Notes: generated by a model from the letters alone, not told the origin. Shown: positions 49,493 through 61,516, counted from the stretch's first letter. The stretch: DNA of 64,000 nucleotides from Eledone cirrhosa (GCA_964016885.1 OZ024743.1:245024001-245088000); one strand, 5' to 3'. Numbers and translations: made by a program.

Positions 49493-49584
49493 GTCTAATT
49501 GGAACTGAAGACTCAGAACGTGTAGAGGTTTGTCTGAAGGTAGCAGAAGAATTGATATCTTCAAGTCATTATGGTTTAGCAGAA
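49493..49584 (+). CDS. TELO2: TELO2 exon 12
   Basis: taaag acceptor, GLIGTEDSERVEVCLKVAEELI..LAE, GTAAGT donor, phases 1/0. Confidence 0.9.
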
Positions 49585-50347
49585 GTAAGTTGACATGGTT
49601 CTCTCACAGAGTGGACATTTATCTCTCTAAAAATCTTACCTATTACTGCAGTTTTCTCAATACCTACTACTGTTTTTGTTACTATAATATTAACATTTTC
49701 AGGTCAGGTGTAGTATAATTGCTGTGTTATACACAGTTATAGCAGAGTGTTACTCTGTCTCTTTTCAGTATATTATAGTGTACCACTGCAGTAAGTTACA
49801 CTGTGTAACTAGTGGTGTTACATTGGGTTTCTGGTGTGTGTTACATTAACCCTTTTGTTATATTTCTATTGAAATCCACTGCCTATGTGTATCATATAAT
49901 TTTGAAAATTTGGTGGAATTTAATAAAATAACCTTTTCATTAGTAAGCTAATGTTTGAAACATTACTTCACAAATATTTCTTATATAAAATTATGATGGA
50001 AGGTCTTAATGTATGTATGAACATTATTAAATGAGCAGTAGAGGGTCGGATCCATGCTTTGTAGCATAGAGTTACGTCCCTTTACGATCTGAGTTCAAAT
50101 CCTGCCGAGGTTAACTTTGCCTTTCATCCTTACAGGGTTGATAAAATAAAGCACCAGTAATACTCTGGGGTAATTGCTGGCCTTGTGCCAAAAGTAGAAA
50201 CAGTTATTAAATGAGTAGATGTGTATCACAAAAACAGGGCAGTATCACGCTGGATGCTATCAAAAGGGTTAAGTCATTGTGATGTGTGTTACACAATGTC
50301 ACAGTTCTATGTTACTATAAATTCACTATCCTATATCTCTATTACAG

Positions 50348-50464
50348 ATTGCTGCAGAATTTGCCAAAATACTTCTTCACTTGACTGAGAGTCATTCCTT
50401 TAGCAGTTTGTTAGATTGTAGACTTCGAGCTCTTGTGGCCCTCTTGGTGGAATGTCCTGTAGAG
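50348..50464 (+). CDS. TELO2: TELO2 exon 13
   Basis: ttacag acceptor, IAAEFAKILLHL...RLRALVALLVECPVE, GTGAGT donor, phases 0/0. Confidence 0.92.
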
Positions 50465-50943
50465 GTGAGTGATTCTGTCTACCTGATCTCCATTCTTAGT
50501 GCATTGTTCAGTTGAGGTGAATGACCCTGTCTAACTCCTCTTAGTGAATTGTTGTTCTGTTGTGGTGAGTAATCTTGGTTACCTTATCTTCCCTCTTAAT
50601 GTTTCTTATCCTTTTTAATATGTTATGTAGCCCTTTCATATTTCTAATGAAAACCACTGCCTACGATTTTCAAATGGTTTTGAAAATAATTGAGAATTTG
50701 GAAGAATTTAGTAAAATAATTAATTTTATCATCATTAAGTTGGTGTTTGCAACATATTTTAACAAATGTTTTTATATCAAATTATTATGGAAGATTTTTA
50801 TATAACTATAAACAGTTCGTTATCATAGAACCAGGAAACGAAGAATAGTTTTATGTGGTTTGGTATCAAAAGGCTTAAGGTGCCCCCAATAAAGTTGTAT
50901 GTCCATAAAATACTAACTGCCAGCATGTTTCTTCTCTTTACAG

Positions 50944-51015
50944 ACTGCCAACTATTTGACAGCTCAGATCTATGCACGCAATTACAACATTCGTCAGCGG
51001 ATGGATATACTGGAG
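50944..51015 (+). CDS. TELO2: TELO2 exon 14
   Basis: ttacag acceptor, TANYLTAQIYARNYNIRQRMDILE, GTAATT donor, phases 0/0. Confidence 0.93.
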
Positions 51016-53504
51016 GTAATTATCATTGTTCAGCTGATAGTCATTAGAATGTTGAATAAAATGCCTTATATTATTTGTTCTATCCCTGCTTTGTTATCAA
51101 TTCCTGCTGAGGTTAACTTTGCCTTTTATCATTTCAGGGTTTATAAAATAAAGTAGCAATCCAGTATCATAGGCTGGCAGAATTGTTACAGCATCAGATG
51201 AGGTGTTTTGTGGTATCTGTTCAAACCCTGTGCATTCTGAATTCAAATCCCACCTTCTGTCATCCGAAAAGTGGTGGTGGTAGTAGTAATGGTTAATTTA
51301 AAATTTGTATCATACAATAAGGTGTGCTGGTATTGAAAGAGTTTAAGCATGGTAGCTCAAACAAAGTCTCCATCAAAATGGAAATACTGTGTAAACTGCA
51401 TCTATCCTGAGTAGTATTAAGTATCATTCAATACTTCATGCATAACATAAGGATTCTTGAGTGATGAACGTAATCCATTGACTGGTTTAACACTACCAAT
51501 GATGAATGGTGGTGCCATGACAAAAAGCATCCAGTTCACCCTGTTAGGTAGTTGTGCTGCTACCACAACAAAAAAGCACTTAGTCAACCCTGTAAGGTGG
51601 TCTTGCTGGTGCCATGACAAAAAAAGCCAGTTCACTTTGTAAGGTGGTTGGGCTCGTGCCATACCGAAAAGCACCCAGTCAAACCTGTAGGGTGGTTGTG
51701 CTAGTGTTACAACAAAAAGCATCCAGTTCACTCTGTAAGGTGGTAGTGCTGGTGCCATGAAAAAAGCTCCTAGTACATACTGTAGCGTGGCTGACATTAA
51801 GAAGGCCATCCAGCCATAGAAAAAGTGACAGCTCGTCTAACCCTTGTGGGAAATAGACGTTACATGGTGATGATGATGATGATGATGACGATGAATGCTC
51901 TCTTGGAATGTTTTAGGAGTAGTCATCAGTTCTTTCTTGTCTCAGTATAACTTTGTTTCCCCCTGCCAAAGATGCTGCTCTTCATCCTCTAAGTCATAAA
52001 AAATTGCTTATAGTTCATCATCATCATTATCCTTTATATGTCTGTTTTCCTACGCTTGCATTGATTGAACAGGTCTTTTCCAGTGCACCCTTCCTCCACT
52101 TGTTGCGTTCTTTCATCAACTCTGCTTTGTATATTGTAGGTTGTGCTTTTCATAATATTAAAGTAGATCTTTCCTGGATGGATGCCCTTCCTATCACTCA
52201 CCACTTTACAGCATTTTATCATGCTATCAACACTAGTGAGATTATCTTACAGGACTTAAGGGTCTTCTCTCAGTTTTTATTCTGAATAAGTGCTCTCCTA
52301 GATGGGTTGCTTTAGTTATGATTTACATAGCCCACATACACCCCATGCAGACTTATGTATCTGGAGTGAGTGCCATCCTAGACAGGCTGCCTTCTTCATA
52401 GCTTACACAGCCCATTCTGTAAAAATGTTACTTTCTTAAAATCTCTTCATTTATATTCTTAGGAATTAATGTTGAAAAATGTCCCATAAAAATATTGTTG
52501 GGTCAGTTTTCATGTATGTGTAGGGCAAGAAATTGTATGTATAAAGTGTGGGTAGAAGTAAGTCAAGTTAAATGGTTCAACTAGAGATTGAACCTGTGTT
52601 GCATGCTTAGTTTCTCCTATTACTTATTACCTCACTTGAACTTTAAATCATGAGCTAAAACCTTATTTTTGTTGTTGTGGTTCACATCTGCATGGGTTTA
52701 GCTACCCTCCTATGGGGTTGTATCTTGTAGGAGGTTTATTGGGTGCTTTAATGACACTGAACATAGTCCTATCATGTTACCATTTATTTGGTGGCTGGAG
52801 GCAGGATTTGAACTCAAAATCCACAAAACTGGAATAGATTCCAAAAGCTTGCTCTAACAATTCTTCTAATCCACCACTCTGGACTGGTTGTTTATTCAGT
52901 AGCCCTTAAAGGATAAAAGGCAATGTTAATATTGGTGGGATTGGAAGTTAGAGTGCAAAGAGCCAGAACAAATAGAAAAATGTTAAAGGTTAAAGTCTAT
53001 TCCAAGTTCTGAGGCCCATCAGGTTGAAGCATATTCCGATTTCATTGGCATTGAGTAACAGATTACAAGAGAGGACACCAATCCATTGCAGGGTTAACTT
53101 CTAGCTGTTGCTAGAATTTATTTTCAGCTGAGTTGATAGGAACAATGTGAAATGTGGTGTTTTTCTCAAGAACAAAATGCATCATCCTATCTAGGAATTG
53201 AGCTTGCAGCATCTTAGCCCTTTAGCATTTAAACTGGCAGTATCTGGCCAGAACACTCTCACCTCGTTCTGTTCAAACTGGCTGTAACTGGCAGCTCTTA
53301 CCTACATTAAGGTATTGTTCTCAAAATAAATAACATGAAAATCTCATATATTTGATATTATGTGAGATAATTATATAAAATAAAGCCTTTACTGTGAAAA
53401 TACAATAATAAATATAATGTAAATGCTAAAGAGTAAGCCACTGTGCTGCAGAACAAATTCACCTCCTTTTAACTAAAATGTTGTGTTCTTTGTCTATATT
53501 TCAG

Positions 53505-53770
53505 GTCCTGGCTGTTTCAGCCCAACAACTTGCTTTACCTAAGAAACCTGTAAAGGATCAGAAACCCTCCACAGAAGGTCCGATAAAAGTGACTGTCATT
53601 CAGCCAGAAAAATCTCCGTATAATTGGCAAGAGGTGGTTCAGAAGAGAATTGATAGTAAAACACGTCGTTTTAGTAGTGGCCGGAGCAGGCAGCAGCCAG
53701 AGTGTGTAGCAAACAGGTTCTCATCTGTGGCAGGACATTTCTTTTATCCACTTATTAAGAATTATGATAG
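53505..53770 (+). CDS. TELO2: TELO2 exon 15
   Basis: tttcag acceptor, VLAVSAQQL...WQEVVQKRIDSKTRRF...NRFSSVAGHFFYPL, GTGAGT donor, phases 0/2. Confidence 0.93.
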
Positions 53771-53789
53771 GTGAGTAGACATTGTGGCT

Positions 53790-54037
53790 ACACTGGGACA
53801 TTTTAGAAATATTGTGGATATTGTAGAGATATTGTAGACATTGTAGAGATATTATGTGCTTTGTAAGATATTGTGGAAACTGTAGAGATATTGTAGGTAT
53901 TGTAGAGATATTGTAGGTATTGTAGAGATGTTGTAGACATTGTAGATATGTTGTGGACTTTGTAGAGATGTTGTGGGCATAGTAGAGATGATGTGGGCAT
54001 AGTAGAGATGATGTGGGCATAGTAGAGATATTGTTGG
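53790..54037 (+). repeat. Degenerate 9-11-bp minisatellite (attgtagagat)
   Basis: More than 20 short tandem units right after the exon 15 donor. Confidence 0.8.
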
Positions 54038-54680
54038 TATTATCGATTAGCAGCTACATAGAAAAATGTAGAGAAACCACAGTGGCTAGAACCCATGGAA
54101 GAAGACTTAGAATGAGTTGTGAAGACGGACCTTAAAAAACTAAATTTCACAACAGAGGTGACAAAGAATTTCAGGGGCTGGTGCTATGCTGTGAAGACTG
54201 GGTCAACAACATACGCTGAGACCTGGCTTATTCCTATGTCTCCTCTCTCCCCCTTCTACTAGCACTCTCTAGCAACCATCCTCACCATCACTACACACCC
54301 CACTCCATCACTGCTCCCTCCGTTATCACTCTTTAGCTGCTGTCTCCTCTAAAGCCCTTAGATACCTTCAGTATTGTACCCTAGTAACTAGCCTCTTCAG
54401 TTGTATGAAAGGCATGACAACCTCTCTTGTGTTGGAGCACTTTGTAGAATGTTAGCTTGAGATGTAGACCTCTCGCCTGTCAGGGAGGTCAGAAGCCACG
54501 CTTCAATACTGACTTGGCCTATGTAGACCTGTCCAACCCTTGCTAGCAGGAAAAGTGGACATTAAATAATAATGATGATGATAATGAAGACATATGTAAG
54601 TGTGGCCTCTGGCTCATCTGAAAGGAAAGTAACTCTGATTAAGCACTGAAAAATGGGTGTTGAATAAGGATGATGATGAT

Positions 54681-57600
54681 CATCATCATCATCACCGTTT
54701 TACGTCCGTTCTTCCACGCTAGCATGGGTTAGACGGGTTGTCCTGTTGTGGGCAGTGTCTGGTCGGCTGACCATGCCTTGCTCATACAGGAACTGATCTG
54801 GCTTGATTTCTACAGCTGGATGCCCTTCCTAACACCAACCTCATTTACAGTGAGTGCTGGGTGCTTTTTCGTGGCGCCTACACGTCCACTTTACAGTGTG
54901 GGCTGGGTGCTTTTTTGCCCTGGCACCTCCACGACCACCTTGTGGTGGGGAGAGTGGGGGCATATTGTTTATATGCTTCAGCATGTACCCATGGGAGGTC
55001 GGGTACCCTGTATTACTGCGTGACGCCAGAAGTCGCGGTCGTGTGTCATTGTCTTTGAGAGGTGTAGTTGGGTAAGGTCGGCTTTTATCGCCTCATCCCA
55101 AGTCATCTTGGGTCTGCCCACTCCGCGGTTTCCATCAACTTCTAGTGCTCTGCACCTTTTTATGCAGCTGTCATCCTTCATACGCATCACATGTCCATAC
55201 CAGCGTAACTGCCTCTCCTGCACGCAGCATTTGATTCCTCTTATGCTCAGTCTCTCTCTCAATTCCTTTATGCTTTGTCGTTCACGTATATTACTGTTAC
55301 ACATCCATCGGAGCATGCAGGCTTCGTTTCTCTCTAATCTACGTAAGTCTTCCACCTTCAGCGCCCAGGTCTCACTACCATGCAACATCGCTGTTCGGAT
55401 ACACGCATCATACAGTCTGCCTTTCATTCTGAGGGAGAAGCCTTTTGCAGCTAGCAGTGGTAGTAGTTCCCTAAACTTCTTCCATCCCGTTCTTACCCTA
55501 GTTATTGTACTTTCTGAGCACCCACCTCCATTGCTAATTCGGTCACCTAGGTAGCAGAAGCTGTCTACTGTTTCTACAGGGCCCTCCCAGAGATTGGTGG
55601 TACTTGTTTCCTGTGGCTGTTTGCTTGCTGTTTCAGCACAGCTGCTGCATGCGAATCCTACATTCTTAATTAAGCTTCCTGAGATCCCGCTACATCTCTT
55701 GTGTACCCATTGTTTGCATTTGGGGCAGAGAATGGAGTTCCTACCTACACCTTTCCTACATACTGAGCAAGGCCATTTCCCTGAGGGGATCTGGGTTCTG
55801 TTTTCTCGTCTACTTACAAGGACCTTAGTCTTTGTCATGTTGACTTTCAGGCCCTTTCTCTCTAGTCCCTGCTTCCAGGTTTGGAATTTATTCTCTAGTT
55901 CTACCATAGATTCAGCTATGAGTGCGAGGTCATCAGCATACAGGAGTTCCCATGGGCATCCGGTCTTAAACTCCTCCGTTATTGCCTGCAGGACTATGAT
56001 GAACAGGAGAGGGCTAAGAACAGAGCCCTGGTGGACCCCAACCTGTACGCTAAATTCCTCGCTATACTCATTGCTAATCCTAACTTTGCTGACTGCTCCC
56101 CTATACATGGCTTGTACCGCTTTCACAAGCCATTCATCTACTCCTAGTTTTCTAAGAGCCCACCAGATTACTGCACGTGGAACTCTGTCAAAGGCTTTCT
56201 CAAGGTCGACAAATGCCAAGTAGAGTGGCTTACTTTTAGCTAGGTACTTTTCCTGTAATTGCCTCACAAGGAAGAGGGCATCAGTGGTGCCTCTCCCTGG
56301 TACAAACCCAAATTGCATCTCGTCTATATTCACCCGGTCCCTAATCAGCTGTGCTATAACTCTTTCTGTTACTTTCATGACCTGGTCCATCAACTTTATA
56401 CCTCTATAGTTTCCTCTATCTAGTGCATCGCCTTTACCTTTGTAGCAGTTGACAATGATGCTACTGCACCAATCTTTTGGTATGGCCCCTTCTAGTATTA
56501 CCTGGTTAACGATACGTGTGGTTATAGTGTGACCTACAGACCCAGATGCCTTCAGCATCTCGGCATCTATACCCGATGGACCGGTTGCCTTCCCCATCTT
56601 CATATCTCTGATTGCCTTACTTACTACGCTGCCGCTGACTTGTACTGCTGGTCCCTCTATAGGGTCTACATGGGGTAGGGTCTCTTCTTCCCATGCATTC
56701 TCCTCATTTAGTAATCTATCATAATGACTCTTCCATGCATCTTTCTTCTCAGCACTTGTGAGGGCAAGCTCACCTTTATCATTCCGGATACACTTCTCTC
56801 CAATGACATCACAACTATCTCTGACACACTGCCTCGCAATCTTGAATACCTCCTGTTTCTGGTCCTCACGTTGTAAAACATGCTTGAATTTTCTATCCTC
56901 TGCTTCCCTCCTAGCTAAGTATACTTGTCGCCTAGCTTCCCTCTTGGTCTCTATGTAATGTACCCTGCTCCCCCCGTTCTTCCATTCTTTCCATGCCTGT
57001 CTCTTGGCCTTGACTGCTTCATCTACCTTATTGTTCCACCACGAAGTCACTCTCCTCCTGCTTGAGGTCTTACTCCAGCCACAAACCTCATCCGTCGCCT
57101 CTAGTAAGTTATTTTTTAGGAACTCCCAGTTCTCTTCTACGTTAAATGTCTCTATCTGTTCTTCTTTACTGTCGTAGGCGTTGAGTAAAATATCTTTAAA
57201 TCTGTTACTGGTTGAGGGGACTTTCAGCTTCCAGATCTTTCTTCTCCAGGTTGGCCTCTGTTTCAGGGCTCGTCTAGTTCTGACCGTGAGGTCGCTGACA
57301 ACTAAGCTATGTTGGGATGTACATTCCTCACTAGGGAAGGCTTTTGTGTTTACGACCGTCCATCTGTCACGTCCTCTGATGAGGATAAAATCTAACTGAC
57401 TAGAGTGCTCCCCTGATCTATAGGTGATCAGGTGGTTGTCGGGTTTTTTAAAGTTTGTGTTACATATCGACATGTCATTGGCGTCGCAGAATTCTAGAAG
57501 TCTGAATCCTTCCTCATTCCTTGTGCCAACTCCATGGCCTCCATGTGCTCTATTGAAGCCGTCGCAGTGTTTACCTACGTGTCCGTTAAAATCTCCTGCA

Positions 57601-58290
57601 ATGATTAGGAAGTCCTTGTCGTCTGTTAGAGCAGTAGTGTGTATTAGGGACTCGTAAAACCTATCCTTAAGTTCGTCTGGCAGCCCCGATTGGGGTGCGT
57701 AAGCTGATATTATTGTGGTAATTGTCTTATTCAGGACTAGTCTGAGTTTAATGATTCTTGCATTTACCCTGTACACTGAGATTACTTTATCTACCCACTT
57801 GTCAGCTAGTAGTATACCTACACCACCCATCCCATCGTCATTTCCCACCCAGAAAAATTTGTAGCACTGGCTTTTTCCTACAAGGACTCTAGCAGACCCT
57901 CCTCTCCATCTAGTCTCTTGCACACAGCATACATCAACTTCCTTTCGCTCTAGCATTTCTACGATTTCTCCTGCTCTTCCTTTCATTGAGCCTACATTGA
58001 TGGTACCAACTCGGAGTTTTGGGCATTTGTCGACACTCGTAGGGGAGGGTCTCTGGGTTGGCGCTTCACGTGGGTGCTTGGTAGCTCGCAGATTCATATT
58101 TCATCTATTGATTCAGAGTTGCTCAAATGTATTCTCAGCTCATCCATCCATAATGGTGGGAAAATTGAGGGCTAGAAGAACAGTGGTGGTGGGGTAATGG
58201 CAGGGTGTGTTGGGATGCGCCAGAGGAGGAGAGAGTTAGTTAGGCAGGTAGTAGCAGCAGCAGTGGAAATGGCATGCTAGGTTTGATTGG
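54681..58290 (-). mobile_element. Apparently full-length RTE-clade LINE in TELO2 intron 15 (antisense)
   Basis: Single long ORF, short 5' UTR, and a ~300-bp 3' UTR ending in (GAT)n. Both flanks carry (GAT)n. Confidence 0.92.
54978..58097 (-). CDS. RTE LINE ORF: APE endonuclease + reverse transcriptase + PHD-like Cys/His finger
   Basis: 1039 aa uninterrupted. APE motifs TINVG, QETRW, GDFNGHVG and LDFIL. RT motifs YRGIKL, QFGF, FVDLEKAFD, GVHQGSVLSP and YADD. Finger CSVC..CPKCKQWVHKRC..CSSC. Confidence 0.95.
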   Translation of the reverse strand: MNLRATKHPREAPTQRPSPTSVDKCPKLRVGTINVGSMKGRAGEIVEMLERKEVDVCCVQETRWRGGSARVLVGKSQCYKFFWVGNDDGMGGVGILLADKWVDKVISVYRVNARIIKLRLVLNKTITTIISAYAPQSGLPDELKDRFYESLIHTTALTDDKDFLIIAGDFNGHVGKHCDGFNRAHGGHGVGTRNEEGFRLLEFCDANDMSICNTNFKKPDNHLITYRSGEHSSQLDFILIRGRDRWTVVNTKAFPSEECTSQHSLVVSDLTVRTRRALKQRPTWRRKIWKLKVPSTSNRFKDILLNAYDSKEEQIETFNVEENWEFLKNNLLEATDEVCGWSKTSSRRRVTSWWNNKVDEAVKAKRQAWKEWKNGGSRVHYIETKREARRQVYLARREAEDRKFKHVLQREDQKQEVFKIARQCVRDSCDVIGEKCIRNDKGELALTSAEKKDAWKSHYDRLLNEENAWEEETLPHVDPIEGPAVQVSGSVVSKAIRDMKMGKATGPSGIDAEMLKASGSVGHTITTRIVNQVILEGAIPKDWCSSIIVNCYKGKGDALDRGNYRGIKLMDQVMKVTERVIAQLIRDRVNIDEMQFGFVPGRGTTDALFLVRQLQEKYLAKSKPLYLAFVDLEKAFDRVPRAVIWWALRKLGVDEWLVKAVQAMYRGAVSKVRISNEYSEEFSVQVGVHQGSVLSPLLFIIVLQAITEEFKTGCPWELLYADDLALIAESMVELENKFQTWKQGLERKGLKVNMTKTKVLVSRRENRTQIPSGKWPCSVCRKGVGRNSILCPKCKQWVHKRCSGISGSLIKNVGFACSSCAETASKQPQETSTTNLWEGPVETVDSFCYLGDRISNGGGCSESTITRVRTGWKKFRELLPLLAAKGFSLRMKGRLYDACIRTAMLHGSETWALKVEDLRRLERNEACMLRWMCNSNIRERQSIKELRERLSIRGIKCCVQERQLRWYGHVMRMKDDSCIKRCRALEVDGNRGVGRPKMTWDEAIKADLTQLHLSKTMTHDRDFWRHAVIQGTRPPMGTC

Positions 58291-58748
58291 TCGAATAGAT
58301 GATGATGATGATAATTAGAATATATATATATACACTATATATACACACACTCTGCTATACAACTGTATGTACAATTTCATACAGCCTTTATATACTCTGT
58401 ATGCAGTCATTATACCCATTTATTTAATCAGTTTGATACTAACCCACCCCAAACTGTCTTGTTTTCTAATAAAACAAAACCACCCATTTTAAAGGGTTCC
58501 TACTTAGATTAAAATCTTTCAACATAATTTTATATAAGTATTAAGTTACAAATGCCATCTTAATGAAATTATAATTTTAGTAAATCCTTACCAAATTCTT
58601 CATTAATTATTTAAAGTACAAAGCATTTCATGAGAAATATAGTAATGAAAGGGTTAAACATTGTATTCCATGTTCTTTCTTATGTGAATCTTAGGTGGAT
58701 GTAAATACTACTTACTAAATCTTGTTTATTGTTATATATATATTGCAG

Positions 58749-58848
58749 GAAGGATAATTGTTTGGACCTGTTGGGAGATGATTGTATGGTTCTCGAAAGA
58801 TTACTTATGACTCTTGGAACTGTCGTCTATAGTGCTGTCAACACTATG
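58749..58848 (+). CDS. TELO2: TELO2 exon 16
   Basis: ttgcag acceptor, KDNCLDLLGDDCMVLERLLMTLG..., GTAATA donor, phases 2/0. Confidence 0.92.
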
Positions 58849-59129
58849 GTAATACTCTCTTTCTCTCACTGTTTGTCTGTCTGTGTCTCTCTCTTTCTCT
58901 CCACACACTCACACACACACATAGAATTTAAACACATGATATATGTTTTGAGTACAACATATTCTGACCAATCAAATCTAAGACAAAGTGCTTAATAAAT
59001 AATTAGCAACAAGTACGGATATTTAGTGCTACAATGTTAGTTAACATGATAAATATAAAACAGAGTTAAACAACTCATAAAAATCGCACCAAACAAACAC
59101 TTTTGATGTAGTCCATATATAGCCTAGAA

Positions 59130-59295
59130 CAGTGGTTGCCAAAGTGGGTTCCGCAAAGGAGTGTCTGGGGTCCTGTGAAAAAAGTAAAGGAGTATATTTA
59201 TATTACGACCATATAACAGTATTAGACTTTGGGGTTCCCCCAAAAGTTTCTGAACCAAAAAGAGTTGTGCATTTGAAAAAGTTTGGGAAACCCTG
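59130..59295. mobile_element. hAT-like MITE
   Basis: TIRs cagtggttgccaaa / tttgggaaaccctg, 8-bp TSD gcctagaa/gcctaaaa. Confidence 0.75.
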
Positions 59296-60584
59296 GCCTA
59301 AAATATTATTACTCAGTTTCATACAGTTGATATAATACACTATTCACATAAGACAATAAACATTAGAACTGCATCCACTCATATGTTGATGTTTCTGCAT
59401 GTGCACTTAACCTCTTAATTTAGTTGACTTGTATGTTATATTATACTTCATGTTTGGGTGTTTGGGGTACAGCTCTAAATCACTTTCAAGCAGTTCTTAT
59501 TGAATAGTTTTCTGTAGCAGTGGTTCATGGAGGTATGTTTATTTATCATGTTTATCAACATTATCATCATCATTGTTTAATGTCCATTTTCCATGCTAGC
59601 ATGGGCAGGACGGGCTGTCCCTTTGTGAGAGATCAGGTCGGAGGATCATGTTTCGCTCACACAAAACTGATTTTGGCTTGATTTCTACAACTGGATGCCC
59701 TTCCTAATGCCAACCACATTTACAGTGTAGGCTGGGTGTTTTTTGTTGTGACGTCTACACGACCACTTTATATAATTTAACATAACATTTAAGAATAAAG
59801 AGATGTGAACCATATTATCTTACAGGGCCTGATCTTAGTATTAGAGAGTGGAGTATAATAAGCAGTATAGGTAGTCTTATGTTTGAAAATGCTAGATTTA
59901 AAGATTTATTATAATGAAGGGCTGCCTTGACAATGATTTTTGTGTTAAATGAGTGTGGACAGCTTCCTACTAATTTTATTGTTTTGGTTATTAAAAACTA
60001 TGAATAAGCACTGGAGCTTCTAATAATGTATAATAGTTTGTGTTTTTTGTTTGGTTTACTCTAGGATTTGTATTTTTTTGTGTTTTAATCTAAGGTGACA
60101 TCTAAGAAATTTATAATGTTATAGTTAATAGCATGATACTAACTTTGTCAAGGTGGAACTATGTAAATATGAAGGTGAGAAAGTAATGTAAAACAGCTGT
60201 AGTGATTACACTCTGTAATGTGGTTTGGTAGAGCTAACTTTTGTTTCATATATTATCACATCTGTACTGCTTGACTCCTCAATTGGATATGCCTTAGTGT
60301 TTCTGCCTGTGTACTTAACTTCTGTGAATTTAGTTAGCTTGTGATTTATTATATTTTTCATGTTTTGAGTACAGTTCCTATAATATAGTTATCTGAATGG
60401 GGGTTAATGAAGTATAGAGTAAAAGTAGGGCACAGGGGTTGAATTGAGGAGCAGTTAGGTGTCCCAAATATTGAGAATAAATGTCAAGGATAATATAATT
60501 TGTAGAAATATATTTTTGTGGTAATCTGTTCATCATGTAATGATAAGGATGTTTATAGTAATACAGATGACATTTTTATTTCAG

Positions 60585-60649
60585 GCTGTGAAGCAGATGG
60601 GGCGTTGTCTTCTGGAATTTATTTGGCCCCTACGCTATCATCCTCAAAG
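60585..60649 (+). CDS. TELO2: TELO2 exon 17
   Basis: tttcag acceptor, AVKQMGRCLLEFIWPLRYHPQ, GTAAAT donor, phases 0/2. Confidence 0.92.
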
Positions 60650-61270
60650 GTAAATCATTCATCATCATCACCATTGCTACTGCCACTCTTCTTCTTCTCT
60701 TCCTTATGGTCAAAGGTGTATTAGCTGTGACCAGCCTGTCTTTATTTCAGACATAATATATCTAAAGGACTTCATTATTTAATGTTTTCTACCTATTTCT
60801 TAAAAGACCGTAAGGGTGAGATTTGAGGGAAATTTGTCTGAAATTTTTAACAAATCAAGAGATCATGTTGTCTCATAGATGGGCTGTTATGAAACCAATG
60901 TAATTAGTACTGGAGATGTAAATATTAAAATATTTCTCAATGTTTAAAGACAAGTTTATTTAGTGTAAAACATGTATAATCGTATTAACAATGCCAGGCA
61001 TTTAGAATTTCAACCCTTTTCATAGGAAACTATCTGAAATTTACTCCTAGTCATGATACAAAACTGTTTGTTGTAAAATATTCATATTTTCTAAAAACTT
61101 TCTATAACAATATTATGTGAAACCCTTTGTCAAGCTATGCTCCAAGCATTAACTTGATAATGATAAATACTTAATATTTAAAATTTCATGATTATTTTCA
61201 AAATAGGCCCTATATTTAATTAGAAATACAGTAATGAAAAGGATAATAATGTATTTCTATTCCATTTCAG

Positions 61271-61386
61271 TTCGATTCGAAGGGCTATTTTATTTGGAGT
61301 GTCAGCAGTTTATTTATCAGTTCCAAGTCATGTTTTACTGGCTGAGATGGAAGAAGATACATTAGACTACAGACAATGGCTACAAG
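61271..61386 (+). CDS. TELO2: TELO2 exon 18
   Basis: tttcag acceptor, SIRRAILFGVSAVYLSVP...RQWLQ, GTCAGT donor, phases 2/1. Confidence 0.92.
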
Positions 61387-61516
61387 GTCAGTGTCACAGA
61401 AACTTTATTTATTTGTTGATGTTGTTTAACCTCAGGTCAGTCTTCATCTAAAAGACCTCTGTTGTTGTTTAGCTGAAAAATACTTTGTTACAAAGTCAGT
61501 GTCACTAATACAGATT

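Noticed and set aside
55108-57657. Plus-strand ORFs of 66-209 aa
   Set aside because: They are antisense shadows of the RTE ORF.
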